Positions 53,231 to 64,000 of a stretch of 64,000 nucleotides of DNA are shown here, one piece after another. The DNA lies in the NCBI GenBank assembly GCA_964016885.1, contig OZ024746.1, positions 90,520,001 through 90,584,000 of the forward strand. Direction: 5' to 3'. The first letter of the stretch is position 1. Each line of letters begins with the position of its first letter. The stretch comes from Eledone cirrhosa. Its lineage: Eukaryota. Below the pieces are notes generated by a model that saw nothing but the letters and a program-made list of their open reading frames with translations, did not search any database and had not been told where the DNA came from. The position numbers and the translations under genes are program-made.

Positions 53231-53520
53231 TTGAACAGGCAGAGTGTATATAATAAGAAAAATGAAGAAGTTATGTTTACATGTAATTAGTTTTTATTAT
53301 GTATCAACCTGTTACATGTGTTTCACAGAGGATTGGCTCAAGGTCAGCCTTAGAAGTTAAGGACCCAACTCCATTATTAATCTGCTCTTCAGACTGGTGA
53401 TTTAACAAACACTGTTTAACCCCAGTTAGCATTGAGTGGCACAATGTTGCACTACCATTCATTGCATGAATCACTTCGTGGTGATGTGATTTCATCAACT
53501 TATTTATATATATATATAAA

Positions 53521-53778
53521 GTCAGCTCAAAAGTGACACAGAGGAGACTGAGGTTAGCTGGACATGCTCACCAACATCCAGAGTTGACATTGCACTCAGT
53601 GCCCCTGTGGGAGCCCCTACATGGACACACTGGATGAGGAAGACCAAGGTTAACGTATGTTGATGCCCTAAGGACAGACACTGGTCTGTTGGAGACGCAG
53701 GACATGGCAGCGATAATGAGGGACAGAGACTGCTGGAGAGAACTCGTTCATGGATCTTGGGAATTTTACCCGCCCTAG
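53521..53778 (+). mobile_element. RTE/RTE-X LINE 3' end flanked by (TA)n
   Basis: VSSKVTQRRLRLAGHAHQHPELTLHSVPLWEPLHGHTG*GRPRLTYVDALRTDTG..IMRDRDCWRELV..*. Confidence 0.85.
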
Positions 53779-53806
53779 AATATATATATATATATATATA
53801 AATATA

Positions 53807-54320
53807 TGAGGGGTTTTCAAAGGTTTGTGGAAAAAGTATGTAGCTAAAAATCACATGCAGGGGTTTTGATCTCAATGCACCTGTACGTTCTCATACTAAC
53901 ATGTCATAACATGTTCAAACATGAACCCTTAAATGCATGTTGCAAGGCGGCGCTGCCAGTTGGAAGTCAACACCCACTTGAACAGCATCATCTCCATCAA
54001 AACATCAAATTCATGGTGAAGCTATGGTGGAAGGGCAGCCAAATCATTGACGCTCTGGACCAAGTTTATGGGGACAATGCCCCAAAGAAACCAACAACCT
54101 ACAAATGGATAAGTCGTTTTAGAAGTGGAAGAGATGTGGTTGAAGATGATCCCCTGTTGAAGATGTAAATAAAGCTGCTTTGACATGGTCTAAATTACAT
54201 GGTCCTTAGTTTAACACAGATGGACTTAAAGGCTGGTATCAACGTTTGCAGAAGTGTATTGACCTAGATGGAGCATAACTTAAACTGTTTTTCCCAACTG
54301 TCCTTTTTGAAGACCCCTCA
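53807..54320 (+). mobile_element. Internally deleted mariner (irritans subfamily, Hsmar2-like)
   Basis: TA TSD; TIR TGAGGGGTTTTCAAA / TTTGAAGACCCCTCA; N-term NIKFMVKLWWKGSQIIDALDQVYGDNAPKKPTTYKWISRFRSGRDVVEDD joined to C-term AALTW..DGLKGWYQRLQKCIDLDGA. Confidence 0.9.
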
Positions 54321-55209
54321 TATACACACACTCTATATAATGTGTGTTATACTTATATGATCAGCAATCTTTCATGTAATGTATATTGAGATATACATTC
54401 CTTCTTTGTAAGCTACCTATCATTTCATTAGTCAATTTATTAATAAGTTTGCTTTCATTGGTCATCAGTGATATCTGTGGCATGAGAATATATTTTCCTA
54501 GTATCCTGTCTGGTATATACAGATGAATGAGTACAAACATATATTATTTAATGAACCAAAATGCTTTGCCTCATTAAACTCACTTAGGCCAAACAGGAGC
54601 CGAGCCCTTATAAATAAGTAATGCATATTTGGTTTCCTCATACAAAATAAGTATGCTTAATGCATGAAAATGTGTGAATGTGAGTATGTGTGGTCTAGGG
54701 AATTAATTTCCGGAACTGGTGGGTTCATATAGTTAAAATAGCAATTATATCTGGGGCTGCATGAAATTAGAGGAATAGGGTTCAAGTTTTAATTACCATT
54801 ATTACATACATATATATACACACATATATATACATAAATACATACACACATACATAAATATATACATACATAAATAAATAAATACATATATATATATATA
54901 CATACATATATATATACATAAATACATACACACATACATAAATACATACATACATAAATAAATACATATATATATATATACATACATATATATATATATA
55001 CATAAATACATACATACATTTCTCTCCCTCATCACCTTTTGATAGATAAAAGGCTATGAGTGCGCTATGGATAGATGTATAGTTTATAATGTGCCAAAAC
55101 ATCCGTGACCCGTAAGCAACTGACGAAGGGAGACTGTCCATCTCTTGTTTGTGTCGCCTTACCTTCTAACACTCGTTATCAGTAACCACAGAGCCTCTCC
55201 TCTCAATCC

Positions 55210-55250
<41 letters not shown>

Positions 55251-55274
55251 TATATATATATATATATATATAGT

Positions 55275-55510
55275 TAAATATTAGACAGGAACAAAAAACA
55301 AAGAGGCAGTACAAATGGTAGTTTATTAGGTTCATGCTTTTGAGAGTGTGGGGTGGGACGATGTTTCAGGCATAAGCCCTTCATCAGGAGAAAAGTGGGT
55401 AGGAAGAGAGTTCCGAGGTGTGGGGGAGTGGTGGAGAGACATTTTTAAAAAATGGGGGGGAGGGGAGAAAAGGGAGGAAAAACGATTTTTTTTAGAAGTA
55501 CAAATAAAAA
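55275..55510 (-). mobile_element. Penelope-like terminal fragment with a minimal hammerhead-like core
   Basis: Minus CTGATGA-AGGGCTTATGCCT-GAAAC followed ~30 nt later by AATAAA; flanked by (TA)n. Confidence 0.5.
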
Positions 55511-56269
55511 TATACATATATATATATATATAATGTTCTACCAGCCCCATCCCAACTTTCCACAGATCACACACATATAATATCCTACCAACCCCTTCCC
55601 AACTCTCCACAGATTATATATAATCTGTGGAGAGTTGGGAAGTTTCTGAAAGTAGACCAGTTTGTGGTAGACCAGCTGCTAGTAGAACAGCTGGCTACAC
55701 ATGATTAAATTCACTTCTATAATAAAACAAATACAAACAAACAAAAGAACTGTTAAACTAAATAAATAGGAAACTATTATTAACATTCTAAAATGAAATA
55801 ATTGTAAGATCATTATTATCATCATTATATTTAACTAATTTCAAAAGGTTGGAGAGACATTCTTGTCTGATTATAACTGACACAGATCAACTGTTGAAAG
55901 TTTACATAGTAATGCACAATGAGCACATGAATATAACAATATATTTACAATAGATTTAGTTTCACTATAAAGAAATACATTGGTTAAAATAGAAAAGCCA
56001 AGCCAATAAAGGCAACCAACACATGACCAGCAACATGAGGTTTATTATATCAAGGTAAAACAGCAGAATCTAGGGAACTAGTGATGGTCTTTATTAACAA
56101 ATAGTAAACAGAGATAAGCTCACAAAGGGGAATAAATTAGTTTGCCACAAAGAGGAAAAGAAGAGTAATATTTTGGCCAAGATCCTTGTATTGAATTGTC
56201 AATCTTCTCTTATAAAATCTAATTTATTTTACATTGTGAACTTATGATGACTTCAAGGTTTTTATTAGA

Positions 56270-56462
56270 ATAATTGTTTCTACTTTTAGCACAAGGCCAG
56301 CAATTACCCAGTGCATTACTGGTACTTTATTTTATCGACCCCGTAAGGATGAAAGGCAAAGTTAACCTCGGTGGGATTTGAACTCAGATCATAAAGGGGC
56401 ATAACTCTTTGCTGCAAAGCATGGCGTCCGACCCTCTACCGATACTGCCAATCCACCACCCT
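56270..56462 (-). mobile_element. SINE family B (short, young form) with TSD
   Basis: tttttattagaataat present at both ends (56259-56274 and 56462-56477). Confidence 0.9.
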
Positions 56463-56996
56463 TTTTATTAGAATAATATCAAACAACTTGACTATATCTA
56501 AAGCCATTCTCTATTGTCCAAAAGGTATGTCAGAAAGCTCAAACTACTATCAGTATAGGGCTGATGTTTTGCTAGTGTACTTAGATGTCTTTGTCCTAAT
56601 ACTACTATATGACATGAGATAATGTTATATCTATTGTAGCAGAACTGATAACAGTAGATAGCTAGACTACATCTTTTAACATATACAAATTGCAGGACTT
56701 CTCAATACTCAGTCCAAATACCACAGGAGAAAACCTTCTTATTAATCTTTATGTACTACAGTATTTGTAATTCTAAGTGAGTAAATATTACTTCAAAGTG
56801 ACAATAATGATTTCTAGTGGAATGGAGAGGGGGGGGGGGGGGGCATAATCACTTCAAAGTGAGAATAATGATTTCATAGTGAGCTAAGATTAATAAAATG
56901 ACTTGATTTCAGCACTTATTAATTATAAAGCCCTTCTAGACCTTGTACCAAAGGGCTTCAGATATTTACAACACACAGAGATAAGTTGAACCTATT

Positions 56997-57255
56997 TTAA
57001 CCCTTTAGTTATCAACCCAACCAAAACTGACTCTGGTTCTATGAAATGAAGTCACCCATTTTAAAGGGTTCCCATTTAAATTAAAATCTTCCAACATAAT
57101 TTTATATAAGACCCTTTACATTAAGGTACTATATTAGTAATGAAAGCATTAATATTTTTAGTAAATCCTTCAAAATTCTTCATTAATTATTTAAAATAGA
57201 ATGTATTTATTTATAAATTCTATCATGAAATTTAGAAATTCTATCACAAATGGAT
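56997..57255. mobile_element. MITE family 2
   Basis: ttaaccctttagttatcaacccaaccaaaactgactctggttctatgaaat.., homologous to 645-760, 19067-19621 and 50890-51034. Confidence 0.6.
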
Positions 57256-57992
57256 ATGGTGTACCTTTAAACCAGATAGATATGGTGACACATACAAAGG
57301 AAGAGAAAATGTATATGTGTGTATTATACCTGTATAACACACACGTATACATATATGAATGTGTTGTACCTGTATAACTAAGTCTTGAACCAGTGAAAGT
57401 GGTCATAGACATGATGGAATCCCAGCTGACAGCATTTGCTTAGTTTTAGAATGTGTACACGTATCCATTAAGACACAAACTATTCTCAATCTTAAATAAC
57501 TACTTGCAGGCAGTCTGCATGTTATTAAGCCTTAAATGTTTTGCAGCTTAGCTAGAAATACTTTCTTAAATAGAATTAGTTAATTCATAGGCTTTATAGT
57601 GTCTTATAGAATTTCATTCATACAGTAATTTGCTAAATTTACACCACCCACAGATTTTTATCTTGATATTAACTGGTACACAAACTACAGACAAACTAGT
57701 ATTAACATATTTAATTCATAGAGCATGAAAAAGCTAAATAGAGATAATGATAACACACCATATTGTGACTAATATTATTCTACTTACTTCAGCAAGTACA
57801 GGGAACAATTTCAAACATGTTTCAGACTTATTGTGGCCTCATTAGCAAAAGACAAACTTCCTTGAATTTGCCAAAATTGTGATAGGATAATGGTAAAGTA
57901 CAATGGATGTACAATAGCTGGCATAGAAAACTAGATTTTTTTTCCTCAGTTAAATTATTTCTAGTTATTTTTGTTAATGCTTTCTCCATTAA

Positions 57993-58189
57993 CCCTTTAC
58001 ATTACTCTACATTTACTATTGTAGTTTCACAGTAAAGGCTTTACCATAATACCAAAACTACGAGATTTTGATCTTATTTATTTTGGGAACAATACCTTGA
58101 CATAAGTTTGAGTGGCTGGTTATGGCCAGTTTGAACAGAGAGAGCTGAGAGAATTCTAACCAGATACAGCCAGTTTAAATGCTAAAGGG
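57993..58189. mobile_element. piggyBac-type MITE family 1
   Basis: TTAA-CCCTTTA...AAATGCTAAAGGG-TTAA. Confidence 0.85.
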
Positions 58190-58330
58190 TTAAATATGAT
58201 GACACTATCTTAACTATTGTTTTCTTTAAAGCAGGGGATTCAAGGGAATTTTAGTTTTCTACTGCAAACCAAACATTGCACACTTTACAGTGACTCTCCC
58301 ACAACTACACAGCTATGTATACATGTACAC

Positions 58331-58368
<38 letters not shown>

Positions 58369-58723
58369 GCATACATACGCATACATAAACACAGACTGTA
58401 TTCTTATTCTTTCTTTACTCCTGACACACTATGATTTATATATGTATGTATATACATATATATATGTATATTATACATATATATATATGTATATTATACA
58501 TATATATATGTATGTATATACATATATATATGTATGTATATACATATATATATATATGTATGTATATACATATATATATGTATGTATATACATATATATA
58601 TATGTATGTATATACATATATATATGTATGTATATACATATATATATGTATGTATATACATATATATGAAGTCTATGCATTGCTGTTGAGGTCATATGAC
58701 CAAAAGAAAAAAAGTCCCAAGCT

Positions 58724-58724
58724 G

Positions 58725-58756
<32 letters not shown>

Positions 58757-59090
58757 CGTTTAACGTCCATTTTTCCACACTAGCATGGGTTAGACACATT
58801 GTCTTGTTGTGAGACAAGTCAGATCAGGTGACAATGTCTTGCTCATACAGAACTGGTTCTGGCTTGGTTTCTACAGCTGGATGCCCTTCCTAATGCCAAC
58901 CACATTTACAGTGAGTACTGGGTGCTTTTTGTCATGTCACCTGCACGACCACTTTGCAGTGAGTACTGGCACTTTTTCTCGTGACACCTACACGATCACT
59001 TTCCAGTGTAGGCTGGGTGCTTTTTGTCATGACACACACCCACCCACCCACCCACCCACTTTACAGTGTGGCTGGGTGCTTTTTGCCATT
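58724..59090 (-). mobile_element. SINE family A 3' part with ~4 internal repeats
   Basis: (CAT)n, tttaacgtccatttttccacactagcatggg, ggatgcccttcctaatgccaacc. Confidence 0.8.
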
Positions 59091-59223
59091 ACTTGTTGAA
59101 ATACTAAACACATGTTTTAAGCCAGTTTCCCCTTGTGGACCCACAAGTAGATTCTCTATTCTATCTCATCTGCATCCCCGTCACCACCCCACTAGCTTTT
59201 ATTTCCTCCTCCGGGTGGAGAGG

Positions 59224-62200
59224 TGAGAGGAATGTAAGGAGCTGGTTACCAGGTCATCTGTGGTGCCACAACAGTCCACCAGACTACAGGACATGACAGG
59301 AATGTAAGGAGCTGGTTACCAGGTCATCTGTGGTGACACAACTGTCCACCAGACTACAGGACATGACAGGAATGTAAGGAGCTGGTTACCAGGTCATCTG
59401 TGGTGACACAACTGTCCACCAGACTACAGGGCATGAGAGGAATGTAAGGAGCTGGTTACCAGGTCATCTGTGGTGACACAACTGTCCACCAGACTACAGG
59501 ACATGACAGGAATGTAAGGAGCTGGCTACCAGGTCATCTGTGGTGCCACAACAGTCCACCAGACTACAGGACATGACAGGAATGTAAGGAGCTGGTTACC
59601 AGGTCATCTGTGGTGACACAACAGTCCACCAGACTACAGGACATGACAGGAATGTAAGGAGCTGGTTACCAGGTCATCTGTGGTGCCACAACAGTCCACC
59701 AGACTACAGGACATGACAGGAATGTAAGGAGCTGGTTACCAGGTCATCTGTGGTGACACAACTGTCCACCAGACTACAGGACATGACAGGAATGTAAGGA
59801 GCTGGTTACCAGGTCATCTGTGGTGACACAACAGTCCACCAGACTACAGGACATGACAGGAATGTAAGGAGCTGGTTACCAGGTCATCTGTGGTGCCACA
59901 ACAGTCCACCAGACTACAGGACATGACAGGAATGTAAGGAGCTGGTTACCAGGTCATCTGTGGTGACACAACTGTCCACCAGACTACAGGACATGACAGG
60001 AATGTAAGGAGCTGGTTACCAGGTCATCTGTGGTGACACAACAGTCCACCAGACTACAGGACATGACAGGAATGTAAGGAGCTGGTTACCAGGTCATCTG
60101 TGGTGCCACAACAGTCCACCAGACTACAGGACATGACAGGAATGTAAGGAGCTGGTTACCAGGTCATCTGTGGTGACACAACAGTCCACCAGACTACAGG
60201 ACATGACAGGAATGTAAGGAGCTGGTTACCAGGTCATCTGTGGTGCCACAACAGTCCACCAGACTACAGGACATGACAGGAATGTAAGGAGCTGGTTACC
60301 AGGTCATCTGTGGTGACACAACAGTCCACCAGACTACAGGACATGACAGGAATGTAAGGAGCTGGTTACCAGGTCATCTGTGGTGACACAACAGTCCACC
60401 AGACTACAGGACATGACAGGAATGTAAGGAGCTGGTTACCAGGTCATCTGTGGTGCCACAACAGTCCACCAGACTACAGGACATGACAGGAATGTAAGGA
60501 GCTGGTTACCAGGTCATCTGTGGTGACACAACAGTCCACCAGACTACAGGACATGACAGGAATGTAAGGAGCTGGTTACCAGGTCATCTGTGGTGCCACA
60601 ACAGTCCACCAGACTACAGGACATGACAGGAATGTAAGGAGCTGGTTACCAGGTCATCTGTGGTGACACAACTGTCCACCAGACTACAGGACATGACAGG
60701 AATGTAAGGAGCTGGTTACCAGGTCATCTGTGGTGACACAACTGTCCACCAGACTACAGGACATGAGAGGAATGTAAGGAGCTGGTTACCAGGTCATCTG
60801 TGGTGACACAACTGTCCACCAGACTACAGGACATGAGAGGAATGTAAGGAGCTGGTTACCAGGTCATCTGTGGTGCCACAACAGTCCACCAGACTACAGG
60901 ACATGAGAGGAATGTAAGGAGCTGGTTACCAGGTCATCTGTGGTGACACAACTGTCCACCAGACTACAGGACATGAGAGGAATGTAAGGAGCTGGTTACC
61001 AGGTCATCTGTGGTGACACAACTGTCCACCAGACTACAGGACATGAGAGGAATGTAAGGAGCTGGTTACCAGGTCATCTGTGGTGACACAACAGTCCACC
61101 AGACTACAGGACATGAGAGGAATGTAAGGAGCTGGTTACCAGGTCATCTGTGGTGACACAACTGTCCACCAGACTACAGGACATGAGAGGAATGTAAGGA
61201 GCTGGTTACCAGGTCATCTGTGGTGCCACAACAGTCCACCAGACTACAGGACATGAGAGGAATGTAAGGAGCTGGTTACCAGGTCATCTGTGGTGACACA
61301 ACAGTCCACCAGACTACAGGACATGAGAGGAATGGAAGGAGCTGGTTACCAGGTCATCTGTGGTGACACAACAGTCCACCAGACTACAGGACATGAGAGG
61401 AATGTAAGGAGCTGGTTACCAGGTCATCTGTGGTGCCACAACAGTCCACCAGACTACAGGACATGAGAGGAATGTAAGGAGCTGGTTACCAGGTCATCTG
61501 TGGTGACACAACAGTCCACCAGACTACAGGACATGACAGGAATGTAAGGAGCTGGTTACCAGGTCATCTGTGGTGACACAACTGTCCACCAGACTACAGG
61601 ACATGAGAGGAATGTAAGGAGCTGGTTACCAGGTCATCTGTGGTGACACAACTGTCCACCAGACTACAGGACATGAGAGGAATGTAAGGAGCTGGTTACC
61701 AGGTCATCTGTGGTGACACAACTGTCCACCAGACTACAGGACATGACAGGAATGTAAGGAGCTGGTTACCAGGTCATCTGTGGTGCCACAACAGTCCACC
61801 AGACTACAGGACATGAGAGGAATGTAAGGAGCTGGTTACCAGGTCATCTGTGGTGACACAACAGTCCACCAGACTACAGGACATGACAGGAATGTAAGGA
61901 GCTGGTTACCAGGTCATCTGTGGTGACACAACTGTCCACCAGACTACAGGACATGAGAGGAATGTAAGGAGCTGGTTACCAGGTCATCTGTGGTGACACA
62001 ACTGTCCACCAGACTACAGGACATGAGAGGAATGTAAGGAGCTGGTTACCAGGTCATCTGTGGTGACACAACTGTCCACCAGACTACAGGACATGAGAGG
62101 AATGTAAGGAGCTGGTTACCAGGTCATCTGTGGTGCCACAACAGTCCACCAGACTACAGGACATGAGAGGAATGTAAGGAGCTGGTTACCAGGTCATCTG

Positions 62201-64000
62201 TGGTGACACAACAGTCCACCAGACTACAGGACATGACAGGAATGTAAGGAGCTGGTTACCAGGTCATCTGTGGTGACACAACTGTCCACCAGACTACAGG
62301 ACATGAGAGGAATGTAAGGAGCTGGTTACCAGGTCATCTGTGGTGACACAACTGTCCACCAGACTACAGGACATGAGAGGAATGTAAGGAGCTGGTTACC
62401 AGGTCATCTGTGGTGCCACAACAGTCCACCAGACTACAGGACATGACAGGAATGTAAGGAGCTGGTTACCAGGTCATCTGTGGTGACACAACTGTCCACC
62501 AGACTACAGGACATGAGAGGAATGTAAGGAGCTGGTTACCAGGTCATCTGTGGTGACACAACTGTCCACCAGACTACAGGACATGAGAGGAATGTAAGGA
62601 GCTGGTTACCAGGTCATCTGTGGTGCCACAACAGTCCACCAGACTACAGGACATGAGAGGAATGTAAGGAGCTGGTTACCAGGTCATCTGTGGTGACACA
62701 ACAGTCCACCAGACTACAGGACATGACAGGAATGTAAGGAGCTGGTTACCAGGTCATCTGTGGTGACACAACTGTCCACCAGACTACAGGACATGAGAGG
62801 AATGTAAGGAGCTGGTTACCAGGTCATCTGTGGTGCCACAACAGTCCACCAGACTACAGGACATGAGAGGAATGTAAGGAGCTGGTTACCAGGTCATCTG
62901 TGGTGACACAACAGTCCACCAGACTACAGGACATGACAGGAATGTAAGGAGCTGGTTACCAGGTCATCTGTGGTGACACAACTGTCCACCAGACTACAGG
63001 ACATGAGAGGAATGTAAGGAGCTGGTTACCAGGTCATCTGTGGTGCCACAACAGTCCACCAGACTACAGGACATGAGAGGAATGTAAGGAGCTGGTTACC
63101 AGGTCATCTGTGGTGACACAACAGTCCACCAGACTACAGGACATGACAGGAATGTAAGGAGCTGGTTACCAGGTCATCTGTGGTGACACAACTGTCCACC
63201 AGACTACAGGACATGAGAGGAATGTAAGGAGCTGGTTACCAGGTCATCTGTGGTGACACAACTGTCCACCAGACTACAGGACATGAGAGGAATGTAAGGA
63301 GCTGGTTACCAGGTCATCTGTGGTGACACAACTGTCCACCAGACTACAGGACATGAGAGGAATGTAAGGAGCTGGTTACCAGGTCATCTGTGGTGCCACA
63401 ACAGTCCACCAGACTACAGGACATGAGAGGAATGTAAGGAGCTGGTTACCAGGTCATCTGTGGTGACACAACAGTCCACCAGACTACAGGACATGACAGG
63501 AATGTAAGGAGCTGGTTACCAGGTCATCTGTGGTGACACAACTGTCCACCAGACTACAGGACATGAGAGGAATGTAAGGAGCTGGTTACCAGGTCATCTG
63601 TGGTGACACAACTGTCCACCAGACTACAGGACATGAGAGGAATGTAAGGAGCTGGTTACCAGGTCATCTGTGGTGCCACAACAGTCCACCAGACTACAGG
63701 ACATGACAGGAATGTAAGGAGCTGGTTACCAGGTCATCTGTGGTGACACAACTGTCCACCAGACTACAGGACATGAGAGGAATGTAAGGAGCTGGTTACC
63801 AGGTCATCTGTGGTGACACAACTGTCCACCAGACTACAGGACATGAGAGGAATGTAAGGAGCTGGTTACCAGGTCATCTGTGGTGACACAACTGTCCACC
63901 AGACTACAGGACATGAGAGGAATGTAAGGAGCTGGTTACCAGGTCATCTGTGGTGCCACAACAGTCCACCAGACTACAGGACATGAGAGGAATGTAAGGA
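59224..64000 (+). repeat. 70-bp satellite/minisatellite, ~68 units, runs off the window end
   Basis: Unit aatgtaaggagctggttaccaggtcatctgtggtg(a/c)cacaac(t/a)gtccaccagactacaggacatga(c/g)agg; no length variants. Confidence 0.98.

Overview
AT-rich, repeat-dense animal genomic DNA. The SINE families, (TA)n/(CA)n/(GAT)n microsatellites and repeat make-up suggest a coleoid cephalopod such as Octopus (inference). It is not prokaryotic and has no CRISPR array or rRNA. The window appears mostly intronic to one minus-strand gene. One large exon is well supported (21475-22628: acidic, SIM-rich, ending in the first six ligands of an RNF216-type RING1). Smaller in-phase candidate exons lie at ~29.6-29.9 kb and ~50 kb. 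The rest is transposon debris: two tRNA-headed SINE families, TTAA/CCC piggyBac-type MITEs, a hAT MITE with an 8-bp TSD, two Helitrons, an internally deleted Hsmar2-like mariner, RTE, L1/Tx1 and CRE/RLE LINE fragments, Penelope-like palindromic ends, and many minisatellites. Most notable: (1) a 67-nt U6 snRNA piece and a SINE piece sit at the same nucleotide position in two separate RTE copies, without TSDs; (2) a 30-bp tandem array reiterates the exon's own 5' splice site seven times; (3) several minisatellites arose from inside or from the ends of transposons, including a >4.7-kb 70-bp array that translates as an RTE ORF C-terminus. Nearly all long ORFs in the track are repeat artefacts. Family assignments come from remembered consensus motifs, not database searches.
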